A stretch of DNA of 55,779 bases from a virus. Taxonomy: Duplodnaviria; Caudoviricetes. Each line of letters opens with the position of its first letter. Positions within the stretch are counted from its first letter, which is position 1. Both the position numbers and the translations under genes were made by a program. The notes below the pieces were generated by a model. The model had not been told where the DNA came from. It made no database searches and was given only the letters and a program-made list of their open reading frames with translations. Shown here one piece after another: positions 45,098 to 54,749 of this stretch. Where the stretch lies: positions 1-55,779 of IMG/VR virus record IMGVR_UViG_3300032397_000016. One strand, written 5' to 3'.

Positions 45098-45826
45098 ATG
45101 GCCACACAGAACTGGTTTCGTCGTATGCTTACGATGTACGGCTCGGTCGGGGACGGAGCCGTGACTGAGGGCAAAATCGGGGCGGCCGCGGTAACAAACG
45201 CCAAGATTGGGGCTCTCGCCGTCGCCGCCGCGAATCTCGCCGCCGACGCGGTCACCACTACCAAGATTATCGACGCCGCCGTGACCCGCGGCAAACTCGC
45301 CGTGTACGCGGGCGCGGGCGCAACCCGCCGGATTCGTATGCAAGATTGGAGATTGCAGACCCTTCTCCAACTCGCAGCGGCCGCCGACGGGACCCACCTC
45401 GGGCTCGCCGCAGGGACATACGGCACGAATGGACCCGAGTTGATTGGGTCCGTCGCCAACGCCAACTCCAAGACTGAGAAGGCGCGCATGGTCCTGACGC
45501 TCCCTCCCGAGTACGTCGCCGGAAGCAATCTACTCATGCGCTTCCGTTGCCGTGTCAATGGCAGCGCATTCGTTGCGCAGACCATCGACCTCTCCGTGCG
45601 CAAGATGGACGCCGAGGCCGGTATTGGGGCCGACCTCGTGGTTGAAAATGCGCAGGCCATTCCGGCTGCGTGGGGGCTTGTCGACTTCACCGTCACGGGT
45701 GCAAGTCTGGGCGCTGGCGATGAACTCGACATATTGCTGACACTCGCCGTCAACGATACCGGCGGCACACTGAACAAAAACGCCGAGGTCGGGCTCGTCA
45801 TTATGGGCTGCCCCGAAACCGTCTAG
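45098..45826 (+). CDS. Virion (head fibre-like) protein with AVTxxKI repeats
   Basis: Five 10-aa repeats followed by a beta-rich domain. Confidence 0.6.
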   Translation: MATQNWFRRMLTMYGSVGDGAVTEGKIGAAAVTNAKIGALAVAAANLAADAVTTTKIIDAAVTRGKLAVYAGAGATRRIRMQDWRLQTLLQLAAAADGTHLGLAAGTYGTNGPELIGSVANANSKTEKARMVLTLPPEYVAGSNLLMRFRCRVNGSAFVAQTIDLSVRKMDAEAGIGADLVVENAQAIPAAWGLVDFTVTGASLGAGDELDILLTLAVNDTGGTLNKNAEVGLVIMGCPETV

Positions 45827-45908
45827 GCGCCGCGTCGGCGGGTAGGGTGCGCGCCCCGGCGCCGTCGCCATCCGGCGACCGGGGCGCCACTTAAAAGGAG
45901 ACGGAGAC

Positions 45909-46403
45909 ATGAGTTACCAACCGCGAACACTGCCGGGGTCGTTTCTTGACGGACCCCGATATGTAAACGTCACTGACGAGGCGCTGACACTACAGGAGTT
46001 GCTCTACGCCGAGCAAACCCAGTGGGTCACTGACACCGTCACGGTCCTGGGCGCTGTAGTAGTTCCGACTGTTGATAACGGACACTGCTACATCTGTACC
46101 GCAAGGGATGGGGACTTCAAGACTGGTGCACAAGAACCGACCTGGCCACTCAAGGTCGGGGAAACCGTCGTAGACGACAAGGTGACCTGGACATGCACAC
46201 TTGTTGGTATGCTCAACCCAGGACTGAAGGTTCTTACCCTCATTCCCGAGGGGGAAGTCCTGTGGGCACAGGGTGACGCCGATGCAGACTCGCCCGTGCT
46301 TCCCGAAAGCGGGGTCGAGATTGAGTGCTCGTCCGTAGAGATTCAACTGCGTACATTCTTCTCGGCCGAAGCCGCCAAGATGCAAGTCCTACAAGGAGGA
46401 TAG
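45909..46403 (+). CDS. Virion-associated protein with small Trp-rich EPxWP...VTWT domain
   Basis: RBS GGAG; same domain is inserted in 49781..50413. Confidence 0.6.
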   Translation: MSYQPRTLPGSFLDGPRYVNVTDEALTLQELLYAEQTQWVTDTVTVLGAVVVPTVDNGHCYICTARDGDFKTGAQEPTWPLKVGETVVDDKVTWTCTLVGMLNPGLKVLTLIPEGEVLWAQGDADADSPVLPESGVEIECSSVEIQLRTFFSAEAAKMQVLQGG

Positions 46404-46407
46404 AGCC

Positions 46408-48345
46408 ATGAAAATCGGTGGCTACAAGCCGGCGACGATTCCGCCAAGCCATATCCTTGACGCTCCTTTTTGGCAGGACGCCCCTGACATCCGTAGAAAG
46501 TTTAGCAACGGCATACAGGGCATTTGGGCACCCGCCAACCTCACAACCCATCCCTTGTATGGTGCTGCAATACTCTACAGCAAAAAAGGTATCATGCTGA
46601 AAGGTCTTGAGGGGTGTTATTACTCTATTGCACAAGCGGCGCAAACACCACTCGGCCATGCGACAGTGGACGGGGCCGGCAACATCTTCGTCCAGACGTC
46701 CGCTGGGCTGGAGAAGTTTGCGTGGGCCACGAAAACCTGGTCGACAGTTATTGCCATAGCGACATACTCAGGATTTGGGTACCTCAGACGGGGTATCGTG
46801 GACCTCGGCGCTGGTAAGATGCTCTTGTTCGGATATGAGAGCACATCAGTTCCGTACTTCAACAAGATACTGTATTCGTCTGACTATGGAGCCACTTGGT
46901 CCTTGCACATCGACCCGACCTCCACGAAGTTCCACTGGCACGGAGCGGTAAAGGTAGGAACTCGCCTGTTGGCCTTCCGAGGGGACTCTTATACCTCGGC
47001 GGCCATATGCGTGTGTGATGATATTGCCGACTTCATCGCCAACCCGGCAACATGGGCGACGCGGTGGGGTCTCGACTCCTTGGCGGCACACGACGAGGCT
47101 CCCGAGCCTTTGGAAGGGTACGGGATAGTTGGATGGGTAACTGGGCAACGTTCGGACCAGTCTCTACGCGTCCTTGATGTGGTAGCCAATGAAGCGGGGG
47201 ACTGGGGATACTGCGGTTCCGACGGCTCGATTGCGGGAGACCCGACAAGCGCTGTCTGGTCCAAGATTCCCTTGACGCCCGGGCAGTTCCAAGCAAAGAG
47301 GGTTGGCACCGGACATCATGCTGGCGCGGCCTTCTACGGTCTGCGAGTTCCTGAGTCCGACTGCGGTGTTGAAGGTGGACTTATCTTGATAGGAACGTCC
47401 TCACAGGCGCTCGGGCCGGGTCCAAACATCTTCTTCCCGTACTCGGATAAGTACAGCCGCATCTACGCTCTTGAACCTGACGGCTCTAGGTTCCGCGAGA
47501 TACTTCGCTTAGAGCGGGCGGACCACGATGATGCTTCATTTAGTGGCATCGCAACCCTGAACTTCTACAACTGGTATGGAGCCATCGTCGGGTATTGTGA
47601 CATCGCCATTGACCGAGAGTGGGACCACTCAACCCTGCACCCGAGGAACAACTACCTCTTTGTAGGTAGAGTCATCGCAGATAACCGTAACTCAAATGGA
47701 CAGATGTTGCGGTATCCCCACGACCGTATGGCCAACTTCCGATTCCTGGAAGGCATCAACCTCCTGGCCAACGGACAAATGGCATCTGTGGCTAAGTGTG
47801 ATGCAACGCCATATAGTGATGGTTGGAAGAAGGCCAGTGCCACCTCGGCCCAGGAAACTACGCTCGCCCCACCGTACGGTCAAGGTTACTGCTTGAAAAT
47901 CACGCCGACGCCGGGGGCGACTGATGCCAGGGTGTTACAATGGCTCCCAATGACCATGACTCGTGAGTTGGCAGGTCAATACGTAACGCTGGAGGGTTAT
48001 ATTTGGCTTCCCAACTCGGCCATTCCACAATCGCAGAAACCGGGCATTCAGTTTACCTTCTCTCGTGCCGCTGATGGGTATGCCCTATCCGTCACAGTGG
48101 ACGAGTGGTTCAACACCGCACCCGATTGGGACGGAGCGTGGCACCGCTTCAAGAAAACCCTGCTCATCATCCTGCCGACGGGCGACAACATCCAGGCCAC
48201 CCTATATGCCCATCTTGGTGTAGTTCATGCGACGGACCACGTACCCATCTACTTCGCCAACGTACGGATGAGTATTGGTGTGGTAGGGCTTCCTGCTGAT
48301 TGCATTAGCAGAGACACCATCGACGAAACGACCTACAACCTTTAA
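46408..48345 (+). CDS. Beta-propeller (Asp-box) + carbohydrate-binding-like domain protein; possible depolymerase or receptor-binding protein
   Basis: YSSDYGATW Asp-box, H.HG, NLLANG...W jelly-roll start. Confidence 0.55.
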   Translation: MKIGGYKPATIPPSHILDAPFWQDAPDIRRKFSNGIQGIWAPANLTTHPLYGAAILYSKKGIMLKGLEGCYYSIAQAAQTPLGHATVDGAGNIFVQTSAGLEKFAWATKTWSTVIAIATYSGFGYLRRGIVDLGAGKMLLFGYESTSVPYFNKILYSSDYGATWSLHIDPTSTKFHWHGAVKVGTRLLAFRGDSYTSAAICVCDDIADFIANPATWATRWGLDSLAAHDEAPEPLEGYGIVGWVTGQRSDQSLRVLDVVANEAGDWGYCGSDGSIAGDPTSAVWSKIPLTPGQFQAKRVGTGHHAGAAFYGLRVPESDCGVEGGLILIGTSSQALGPGPNIFFPYSDKYSRIYALEPDGSRFREILRLERADHDDASFSGIATLNFYNWYGAIVGYCDIAIDREWDHSTLHPRNNYLFVGRVIADNRNSNGQMLRYPHDRMANFRFLEGINLLANGQMASVAKCDATPYSDGWKKASATSAQETTLAPPYGQGYCLKITPTPGATDARVLQWLPMTMTRELAGQYVTLEGYIWLPNSAIPQSQKPGIQFTFSRAADGYALSVTVDEWFNTAPDWDGAWHRFKKTLLIILPTGDNIQATLYAHLGVVHATDHVPIYFANVRMSIGVVGLPADCISRDTIDETTYNL

Positions 48346-48356
48346 GGAGTGCACCG

Positions 48357-48644
48357 GTGAGCACCGAGATTGCCAACTACGGGATTGCAGGCGCGGTCAT
48401 TCTTGTGGTAGGCATGTTCCTTGCATACCTCAGGTATTGCCAAAAAACGGACCGCGAAGAGCGCGAGAAGGAACGAGAGAATTGCCGAAGGGAACGGATA
48501 GAGGAGCGCGACAAGTTGACCAACATCATTGCCAATGACCTTGCCCACGTGGGCGAGAGTCTTGTCAAGGTTGGAACGGGACTTGACAAGGTCAACGCAT
48601 CACTTGACGAGAATACAAGAGTACTACGGGACCTTAATAACTGA
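48357..48644 (+). CDS. Single-TM coiled-coil protein, holin-like
   Basis: YGIAGAVILVVGMFLAYL followed by a charged coiled coil. Confidence 0.55.
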   Translation: MSTEIANYGIAGAVILVVGMFLAYLRYCQKTDREEREKERENCRRERIEERDKLTNIIANDLAHVGESLVKVGTGLDKVNASLDENTRVLRDLNN

Positions 48645-48658
48645 ACGGGAGGTGTATC

Positions 48659-49471
48659 GTGGAAGGCATGACGAGTTGGGTTGTAGATAACTGGGTGCCG
48701 CTTGTAGTCGGCACGTTCGTTGCGGCCCGTATCCTGCTTCTCTTGGCTACCGCAATCGCCAAGGCCACCGTGACAACCAAGGACGACGAGGTGGTAAGCG
48801 GTATCCAAAAGATTTTCGACGCAATCGTGGGGGTGCTCAAGGTTCTGGCCCTGCACTTCAAGACCGACGCGTTGGACCCCGCAACCGAAGACATCAAGAA
48901 GAAAGTCATCAAGAAGGGTACAGGTGTGACGGGTATCTTGCTCTTACTGTCCGCGGCAGTCGTCCTGGCCGGGTGCCAAGCGCCCGTTGCGCTGCGCGAG
49001 GCCCAAGTCATTGAGGTTGTCGCGCTTCAAGGCCACTTGGCCAACGACGTTCGTATCCAGCAAATATGGGAAAATGTCTACGCGCGCACGCGCGACGCAG
49101 ACATCGACAACACTACCCAAATGGCCATCGACCTCATTATGGAAAAGAGCCAAGAGGCCGGGGTCAAGCCTGAGGTTATCGGTCAAATGGTTACCGACCT
49201 TCTCGCCAACAGGGATAAGGCCAAGGGGGACACCGCGAAGATGCAAGCCAAGATGCGGGAACTCGTGGCGCTGAACAAGGATGAAGTTACCAAGGCCCTG
49301 CAGATACACGGGAAGGTATCTGAATGGCTGAAGGCCGGATTAACTGGTGACGCTCTCCAAGGCGCTTTCGACATGGTGAACGCACTTTTGCAGAGTACCA
49401 AAAAGGATAAGGGCGTTGTCGAGGCGACGCCCGTACCTTCGGCAGAGACCCCTGCGCCTCCTGCACCTTGA
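48659..49471 (+). CDS. Membrane protein: holin-like N-terminus + internal lipobox + coiled coil
   Basis: TM..T.TTKDDE; KKKVIKK..ILLLLSAAVVLAGC. Confidence 0.55.
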   Translation: MEGMTSWVVDNWVPLVVGTFVAARILLLLATAIAKATVTTKDDEVVSGIQKIFDAIVGVLKVLALHFKTDALDPATEDIKKKVIKKGTGVTGILLLLSAAVVLAGCQAPVALREAQVIEVVALQGHLANDVRIQQIWENVYARTRDADIDNTTQMAIDLIMEKSQEAGVKPEVIGQMVTDLLANRDKAKGDTAKMQAKMRELVALNKDEVTKALQIHGKVSEWLKAGLTGDALQGAFDMVNALLQSTKKDKGVVEATPVPSAETPAPPAP

Positions 49472-49534
49472 CGCGTGGACAATCGCCTGCGAGAGCGTGG
49501 GCAGTTACGGGCATATAGAACAAGGAGACTTATC

Positions 49535-49771
49535 GTGGCAAAGACCATCGAAGAACTGTTTGGCCATCTTCACACGTCGGCCGCCGAAAACGTGGCCGAG
49601 ATTGACGCGGTGAAGGCCAAACTCGACAACATGTCCCAAGATGTTGTCGACGCCATATGCACCCGGCTTGGCGTCGAGGTGCAAGACAAGGAGAGCCTGG
49701 CAACCCTGGTGACGGCGATTGGGCAGGGTGCCCAGATTCTCAAGGAGTTCGGTCTACTGTCCGTTCTGTAG
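49535..49771 (+). CDS. Hypothetical protein
   Basis: GTG after AAGGAG. Confidence 0.6.
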   Translation: MAKTIEELFGHLHTSAAENVAEIDAVKAKLDNMSQDVVDAICTRLGVEVQDKESLATLVTAIGQGAQILKEFGLLSVL

Positions 49772-49780
49772 AGGTGGACA

Positions 49781-50413
49781 ATGGCATACTGTGAACGCGC
49801 CGATGTCGAAGACATTTTTGGCATCGGAAATATCAAGGTATGGGCAGACCTTGATAACGAGCAAATCGCCGCAACGGTGTGGGCTGCGGAAACCACCTAC
49901 GCCGCCGGTGTATATGTAACTCCCACAACTGCAAACGGTTTTCTGTATTTCACAGATGCAGGGGGTGACTCCGGCAAGACCGAACCGAAGTGGCCTGATG
50001 GTGAGGGCGAGACGGTTGGAGATGGGGACATTACATGGACCGCAGTGGTTGACCAAATCACGGCACGTATCAATCGTGCTATCGAAGCGGCCTCCGCGGA
50101 GATTGACGACCGTTTCCGTCGAAGTGTCTACGTAATTCCATTTGTCCCGGTTGACGGCGCTGAGCCTGCGGTGTTCCCAACAACGCTTGTAAATATCTGT
50201 GCCACACTCGCGGGTGTTTGGTTGTACGAGGCCCGCGGTGTGCAGGACTTCGACCCCGCGACCGGCTCGCCCGTGCATCGGCAGGCGTGGAAGCGCAACC
50301 ACGCCCTTGGCATAATTAAACAGGTGTTGACGGGTACAATGGACCTCGACTGTGAGAGGGGCGGTACCTACACACCGGACGCCGTGGTTGAAGACGACGA
50401 GGACGACGAGTGA
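49781..50413 (+). CDS. Head-tail adaptor (Mu gp36 / DUF1320-like) with inserted domain
   Basis: MAYC...DV...FG, AI..AS.EID.....Y..P, L..ICA.LA...LY..R. Confidence 0.8.
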   Translation: MAYCERADVEDIFGIGNIKVWADLDNEQIAATVWAAETTYAAGVYVTPTTANGFLYFTDAGGDSGKTEPKWPDGEGETVGDGDITWTAVVDQITARINRAIEAASAEIDDRFRRSVYVIPFVPVDGAEPAVFPTTLVNICATLAGVWLYEARGVQDFDPATGSPVHRQAWKRNHALGIIKQVLTGTMDLDCERGGTYTPDAVVEDDEDDE

Positions 50414-51099
50414 AAATCTCCGTACGAATAGACACGCGTCGACTGCGGAACGTTGTAGAAATGATGGTCCGTGGTATGAGTGGCGCTGGCGGGGACGGCA
50501 ACCCCATTGATATGGCTTTCCGACAATGGGCTGTGCGGTATCGCGCGGCAATGCAAGACCGGTTTGACATATTTAGCAAAGGCGGCGGTGATTGGGCGCC
50601 TCTCGCCAGGTCAACCATTCTCGCACGCCAGCGCCAGCCGCTTACCCGCCTTCGGAGGGAGTACGTTGCCGGTGCGTTGTTCAATAAGGCAACGGGACAT
50701 CCGCTTACCGAAAAAGAGTACGCACGTAAATACAAAGCCGCGCGCGGCCGTATCAGGCGCGCGCGGGCGAAGGCAACGAAGAGTGGGACATTCGGCGGCA
50801 AAGTGTCCATTCTTAGGGACACGGGTACTCTTATGAATACCTTGTCGCCTACTATCGCGGTTCCGGGCCAACTAGAGGAGCGCGTTGATAGTGGGATTCT
50901 CGTTGGCATAAGTGGCGGCTCGCACCCCAAGTCTGGAGGTCTGACCATAGGTGAGTTGGCCGCATACCACCACTTCGGCATGGGAAATAATCCTACGCGC
51001 GAGATTTTGGTCAGGCCTGACCAAGAACTGGCCAACAAGATGGCTGGTGACCTGGCCAGGGCCGTCAAGACAGTGATGAGGAGTGCGGGCCGTGAGTGA
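50410..51099 (+). CDS. Virion morphogenesis / tail completion protein (Mu gpG-like)
   Basis: F...G..WAPL..ST, ILRDTG.L, A.YHHFG...P.R.I. Confidence 0.8.
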   Translation: MKISVRIDTRRLRNVVEMMVRGMSGAGGDGNPIDMAFRQWAVRYRAAMQDRFDIFSKGGGDWAPLARSTILARQRQPLTRLRREYVAGALFNKATGHPLTEKEYARKYKAARGRIRRARAKATKSGTFGGKVSILRDTGTLMNTLSPTIAVPGQLEERVDSGILVGISGGSHPKSGGLTIGELAAYHHFGMGNNPTREILVRPDQELANKMAGDLARAVKTVMRSAGRE

Positions 51100-51598
51100 C
51101 CCATTCACAACGCTATATGACGCGCTTTGGTCGATGCTGGAGGCGCACACCGGCTTTACGGACCTGGTCAAGGTGGGGAATCGAGTTAAGTTCACGGGTG
51201 AGGTTCGTGACCCTGTGAAACCCGAGATTAACACCGCCGACCTTCCCGAGGTTCGGCTCGTCCCTCTGGGCGGCGACCCGCACTTGCAGCGCACAAGTAA
51301 CGGTACATCGGTACGAAAGCGCTTTGGTATCGAGATAACAACGGGAGATAAGCGCGTCGACGCGGCGTTGTTCCCAGTCGAGTGGGAAATCTTCCGCGCG
51401 ATGTCCAACTGGGCGTCCGTTCTGACGGCGCTGACGTGGAACAGCAAGACATATGTTAAGTTGTGTAGACCACTTAGCATGACCGAGGGAGAGAGCAACC
51501 CCGAACTGAACAGGGGCATATCGGGATGGTCTCTTGTCTGGGCGTGCGAGGTGGAACTGTGGTTTACAACGGCAGATATGTTGCCGGCACAGGACTAG
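51092..51598 (+). CDS. Putative tail terminator
   Basis: Position and size between tail completion and tube genes. Confidence 0.5.
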   Translation: MSDPFTTLYDALWSMLEAHTGFTDLVKVGNRVKFTGEVRDPVKPEINTADLPEVRLVPLGGDPHLQRTSNGTSVRKRFGIEITTGDKRVDAALFPVEWEIFRAMSNWASVLTALTWNSKTYVKLCRPLSMTEGESNPELNRGISGWSLVWACEVELWFTTADMLPAQD

Positions 51599-51610
51599 GA
51601 GGACTGAATC

Positions 51611-52444
51611 ATGGGAGCGCTTAACGGAATCGCTGGGGCAGTAAACGGCGTCAACACGGTGCGCACGTGGGACATTGCCACGTCCGCAGACATCCAGAAA
51701 CTTATCGCGAGCAACACGAAGGGCGGGCCTGCCCGGTTGATTGGTAACGAGGATTGGCGCGGCTCGTACAAGGCATATGGCCATACGCCCATTCTTTTGC
51801 CAGGATACGCGGGTGCGTTTCTTGGCAGTTTCGACGGCGCGAATGGGGTGAGCGGCGACATTGTCGTTGACCGCGCAACTATCAACATCCCTATTGAGGC
51901 AGGTGGCCCAATAGAGCACACCGTTGATTTCAGCGGGAATGGCGCGCTGGATTTCGGTGCGGCGGTTGTGGAAGACGAGACAGACCCGGAGATATACACA
52001 TCTATCGGGTGCAAAGTGATGTTGGGGACGGTCGCCAATCCGGCTGTCTGGACAAAGGAGGTTGACAACGTCCGCGCGGTGTCGCTGGTCCTTAACGCGG
52101 ACAACGTGAAATATGTAAGTAGCGGCACTGGTGGGAAGACGAAGCGGCTCCCCGGCAACATCGACGCTTCTCTATCCATTAGTGTGTACGAGGGTGACCC
52201 CACCGAAATCATCGTGCCGAACACGCTTTGGGGAGTCAGACTCTACGTGAACGCCACGGAGTACTGGGAACTTTTGTGGGCGCTCTTCAGTGAGGCGTCC
52301 GGCGTTGAGGTTGACCGTGAGTCTGCCGCAATGATAGGTGCAACACTCAATGCGGCGTTCAACGGCTATACCAAGATTCAGACAGTTGAAACCGAAGGAC
52401 ATATCTTGGACCCGGCCAGCGAAGCGTGGTGGCCCACAGCGTAA
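51611..52444 (+). CDS. Tail tube protein with internally duplicated domain
   Basis: VRTWDI...G..DW.GS, VDFSGNGAL; second similar unit starts at ~52061. Confidence 0.7.
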   Translation: MGALNGIAGAVNGVNTVRTWDIATSADIQKLIASNTKGGPARLIGNEDWRGSYKAYGHTPILLPGYAGAFLGSFDGANGVSGDIVVDRATINIPIEAGGPIEHTVDFSGNGALDFGAAVVEDETDPEIYTSIGCKVMLGTVANPAVWTKEVDNVRAVSLVLNADNVKYVSSGTGGKTKRLPGNIDASLSISVYEGDPTEIIVPNTLWGVRLYVNATEYWELLWALFSEASGVEVDRESAAMIGATLNAAFNGYTKIQTVETEGHILDPASEAWWPTA

Positions 52445-52456
52445 CGGAGAAAAACG

Positions 52457-52849
52457 ATGTTCACGCACAGACGGGATGTAAGTTATGAAGGTACGGCAGG
52501 TACCCTGTCCACGTACCGGACGCAGTCGGCGGAATCCGAGCACGAAATCTCCATCGACATCCCTGCGGCGGCGGACCAGCAAGAGGTCGCTTTTGCGTTG
52601 GACATAACCCAACTCAAAGGCTTCTTCATGTCTGCCGACGGTCCCCTCACGGTCGAGACGAACGTCGCGCTCGCACCCGACGACACGTTTAGTCTCTTGG
52701 AAAACGAACCTGTCCACTTCTTGGCAGGAGGTACCCCTGCCGAGGACAACCCGTTCACGGTGGACGTCACCAAGTTGTTCGTGACCAACCCGAGTTCGGG
52801 GGTTGCCGTCCACCTCGACATCCGGGCACTAGTCGACCCGACGGTATAA
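52457..52849 (+). CDS. Hypothetical structural protein
   Basis: Beta-rich; lies in the tail operon. Confidence 0.6.
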   Translation: MFTHRRDVSYEGTAGTLSTYRTQSAESEHEISIDIPAAADQQEVAFALDITQLKGFFMSADGPLTVETNVALAPDDTFSLLENEPVHFLAGGTPAEDNPFTVDVTKLFVTNPSSGVAVHLDIRALVDPTV

Positions 52850-52861
52850 GGACATAGAGAC

Positions 52862-53371
52862 ATGGACCCTGCGGCCGCGCCCGCCGAGATTACACTCGGT
52901 GAAGGCAAATACCGAATGTCCCCTCTTACTGACCGGGACATATCGGAACTGGATAACTGGCTTCGCGTGCAGACCCTTCGGCTCGCGCGCGAGTCGTGCG
53001 CGGGCGCGGACGACGACACAATGGACCGTGTCATGCGCGTGGCGTTTACCCATGTTAATGAATTGACATGGACGGGTCCGAGCGGCCGGGCGTTAATGGG
53101 AACCATCGACGGCGTCGCCCGCCTCGTGTGGCAAACCATCAAAGCACAACATCCGGATATGACACACGACAAGGTACGCGTATGCTTGCTCGACCCAAGA
53201 ACGCTATCGGCCGCGATAGACGTCTTCGATATGCTCAACGGTGTCATACCGAAAAAAAAGGGGGCGACGCCGGACCCTCCAAAAAACGGGACCGCACCGG
53301 AGAGCGGGAGCGAGTCTACCGAGAACTCTCCGAGCGGTACGGATGGACCCCAGAACAAATTGCAGACATGA
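52862..53371 (+). CDS. Tail assembly chaperone (gpG-like)
   Basis: Upstream of the tape measure gene; contains slippery heptamers. Confidence 0.7.
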   Translation: MDPAAAPAEITLGEGKYRMSPLTDRDISELDNWLRVQTLRLARESCAGADDDTMDRVMRVAFTHVNELTWTGPSGRALMGTIDGVARLVWQTIKAQHPDMTHDKVRVCLLDPRTLSAAIDVFDMLNGVIPKKKGATPDPPKNGTAPESGSESTENSPSGTDGPQNKLQT

Positions 53372-53469
53372 CCCCGGCTCAACAGTCGATGTATCTAAAC
53401 GGTGAGCCGTTGAAGTTCGGTACAATGCGCGAGTATCTGGCCTGGAGGGCGCAACGTGGCGCTAAGTGA
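53254..53469 (+). CDS. -1 frameshift extension of the tail assembly chaperone (gpGT-like)
   Basis: A-AAA-AAG at 53254-53260 and A-AAA-AAC at 53281-53287; -1 frame encodes YGWTPEQIADMTPAQ. Confidence 0.7.
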   Translation, partial: KKGGDAGPSKKRDRTGERERVYRELSERYGWTPEQIADMTPAQQSMYLNGEPLKFGTMREYLAWRAQRGAK

Positions 53470-54736
53470 AGTTGTAACCGAACTTAGAGTAGACGACGCC
53501 ATGACCGACGCCCTTGACCGGGCCAGGGTGTCGGTCGAGGCTTTTGGTGATAGCACGCAACAGGCTCTTGGCCAGACCGCCGCCAATGTTGCACCAGCGA
53601 CCATGAGCATAAGCGGTCTTGGTATGCAAATGAGAATGGTATCAGGCCTGGCGTCGATGTTCGGTATTCAGATGGGTGCGGCGGGTAGGATGGCTACCGC
53701 CGCCATTAGGGCCACGTCTTATGTAGTGTCCGGCTTAATAACAACAATGCTTCCCATGCTCACCATCTTCGCGGCCGTCGCCGCGTTCTCGTATATATGG
53801 AAACGACATACCGATGCGATTAAAGCGCAGGCCGATGAAGTCGAGAGGCTGTGTGCGCAACAAGAGAGACTGCAACAAGTGTACGCCGATATGGGAGTGA
53901 TGTGGTTGCAGTCCAAGGGTATGTCCCGCGAGGCGACCCGTTATAAAGAAGAATATGAGCACTTGGCAAGACGTAATGCAATGTGGAAAAAGTTTCAGAC
54001 GGAGTGGAAAAAGATAGTAACTGAGGAGATTGGTATATTTTCTCCTGTCTTTGGCACCGGGGACATGTCAACGCGCCTTTCCTCGATGAAGAACGAGGCA
54101 GAGTCGGAACTTGAATTGATGGATACGTATGAGGAAATGCGCGTCGGTGTAAGGGACAAAGCATGGGCCGATGAAGACACCAAGAAGCCCCGAGCAGTGC
54201 TCGACAAAACTTTAGAAATGCAGGCGCGGGCGGTGGCCGCGCAGATGAGCGTGGCCGGCGACAAACTTGGCGCTCTGAGAGTTGAACAGGACAAAGAGAT
54301 AGCCATAACTAGCGGCGCACACCAGAGAGGGGAACTGGACGAGCAAAACTATCGTGCCCGCTTATTGGCTATTGCCAATGAGTACCGCGCGAAGCGCGCA
54401 GAGATAATGACCAGTATGCACAAGACCGAAGCCGAAGAGGCGGAGCGTGCCCGTCTTAAAGAAGAGGAAGCGCAGAAAGCGCGGATGTCTTCTGTGGCCG
54501 GGCTGTTGGATAGATGGCGCGCCTCGACCGCGCCGCCTGAGGCTACGGTTACAAGTTTAGAAGCGTTCTCGCGTCAATTAGTCGCTAAGGAAAAGCCGGT
54601 TACGCGCGACCCGACCGCCGACGAAATCCGCGCGTTCGCGTCGCAGGAGTCATTCAACGACGCCAATCGGGACAGGCTTTTGCAGAGCATCCTGGTAATG
54701 CTTAATAAGCCCACGCCGCCTGTACCTGTGTACTAA
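53456..54736 (+). CDS. Tape measure protein (short, 426 aa)
   Basis: Ala/Gly/Met-rich N-terminus, hydrophobic segment, long helical region; follows the chaperone. Confidence 0.7.
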   Translation: MALSEVVTELRVDDAMTDALDRARVSVEAFGDSTQQALGQTAANVAPATMSISGLGMQMRMVSGLASMFGIQMGAAGRMATAAIRATSYVVSGLITTMLPMLTIFAAVAAFSYIWKRHTDAIKAQADEVERLCAQQERLQQVYADMGVMWLQSKGMSREATRYKEEYEHLARRNAMWKKFQTEWKKIVTEEIGIFSPVFGTGDMSTRLSSMKNEAESELELMDTYEEMRVGVRDKAWADEDTKKPRAVLDKTLEMQARAVAAQMSVAGDKLGALRVEQDKEIAITSGAHQRGELDEQNYRARLLAIANEYRAKRAEIMTSMHKTEAEEAERARLKEEEAQKARMSSVAGLLDRWRASTAPPEATVTSLEAFSRQLVAKEKPVTRDPTADEIRAFASQESFNDANRDRLLQSILVMLNKPTPPVPVY

Positions 54737-54749
54737 CGGAGATACATAA

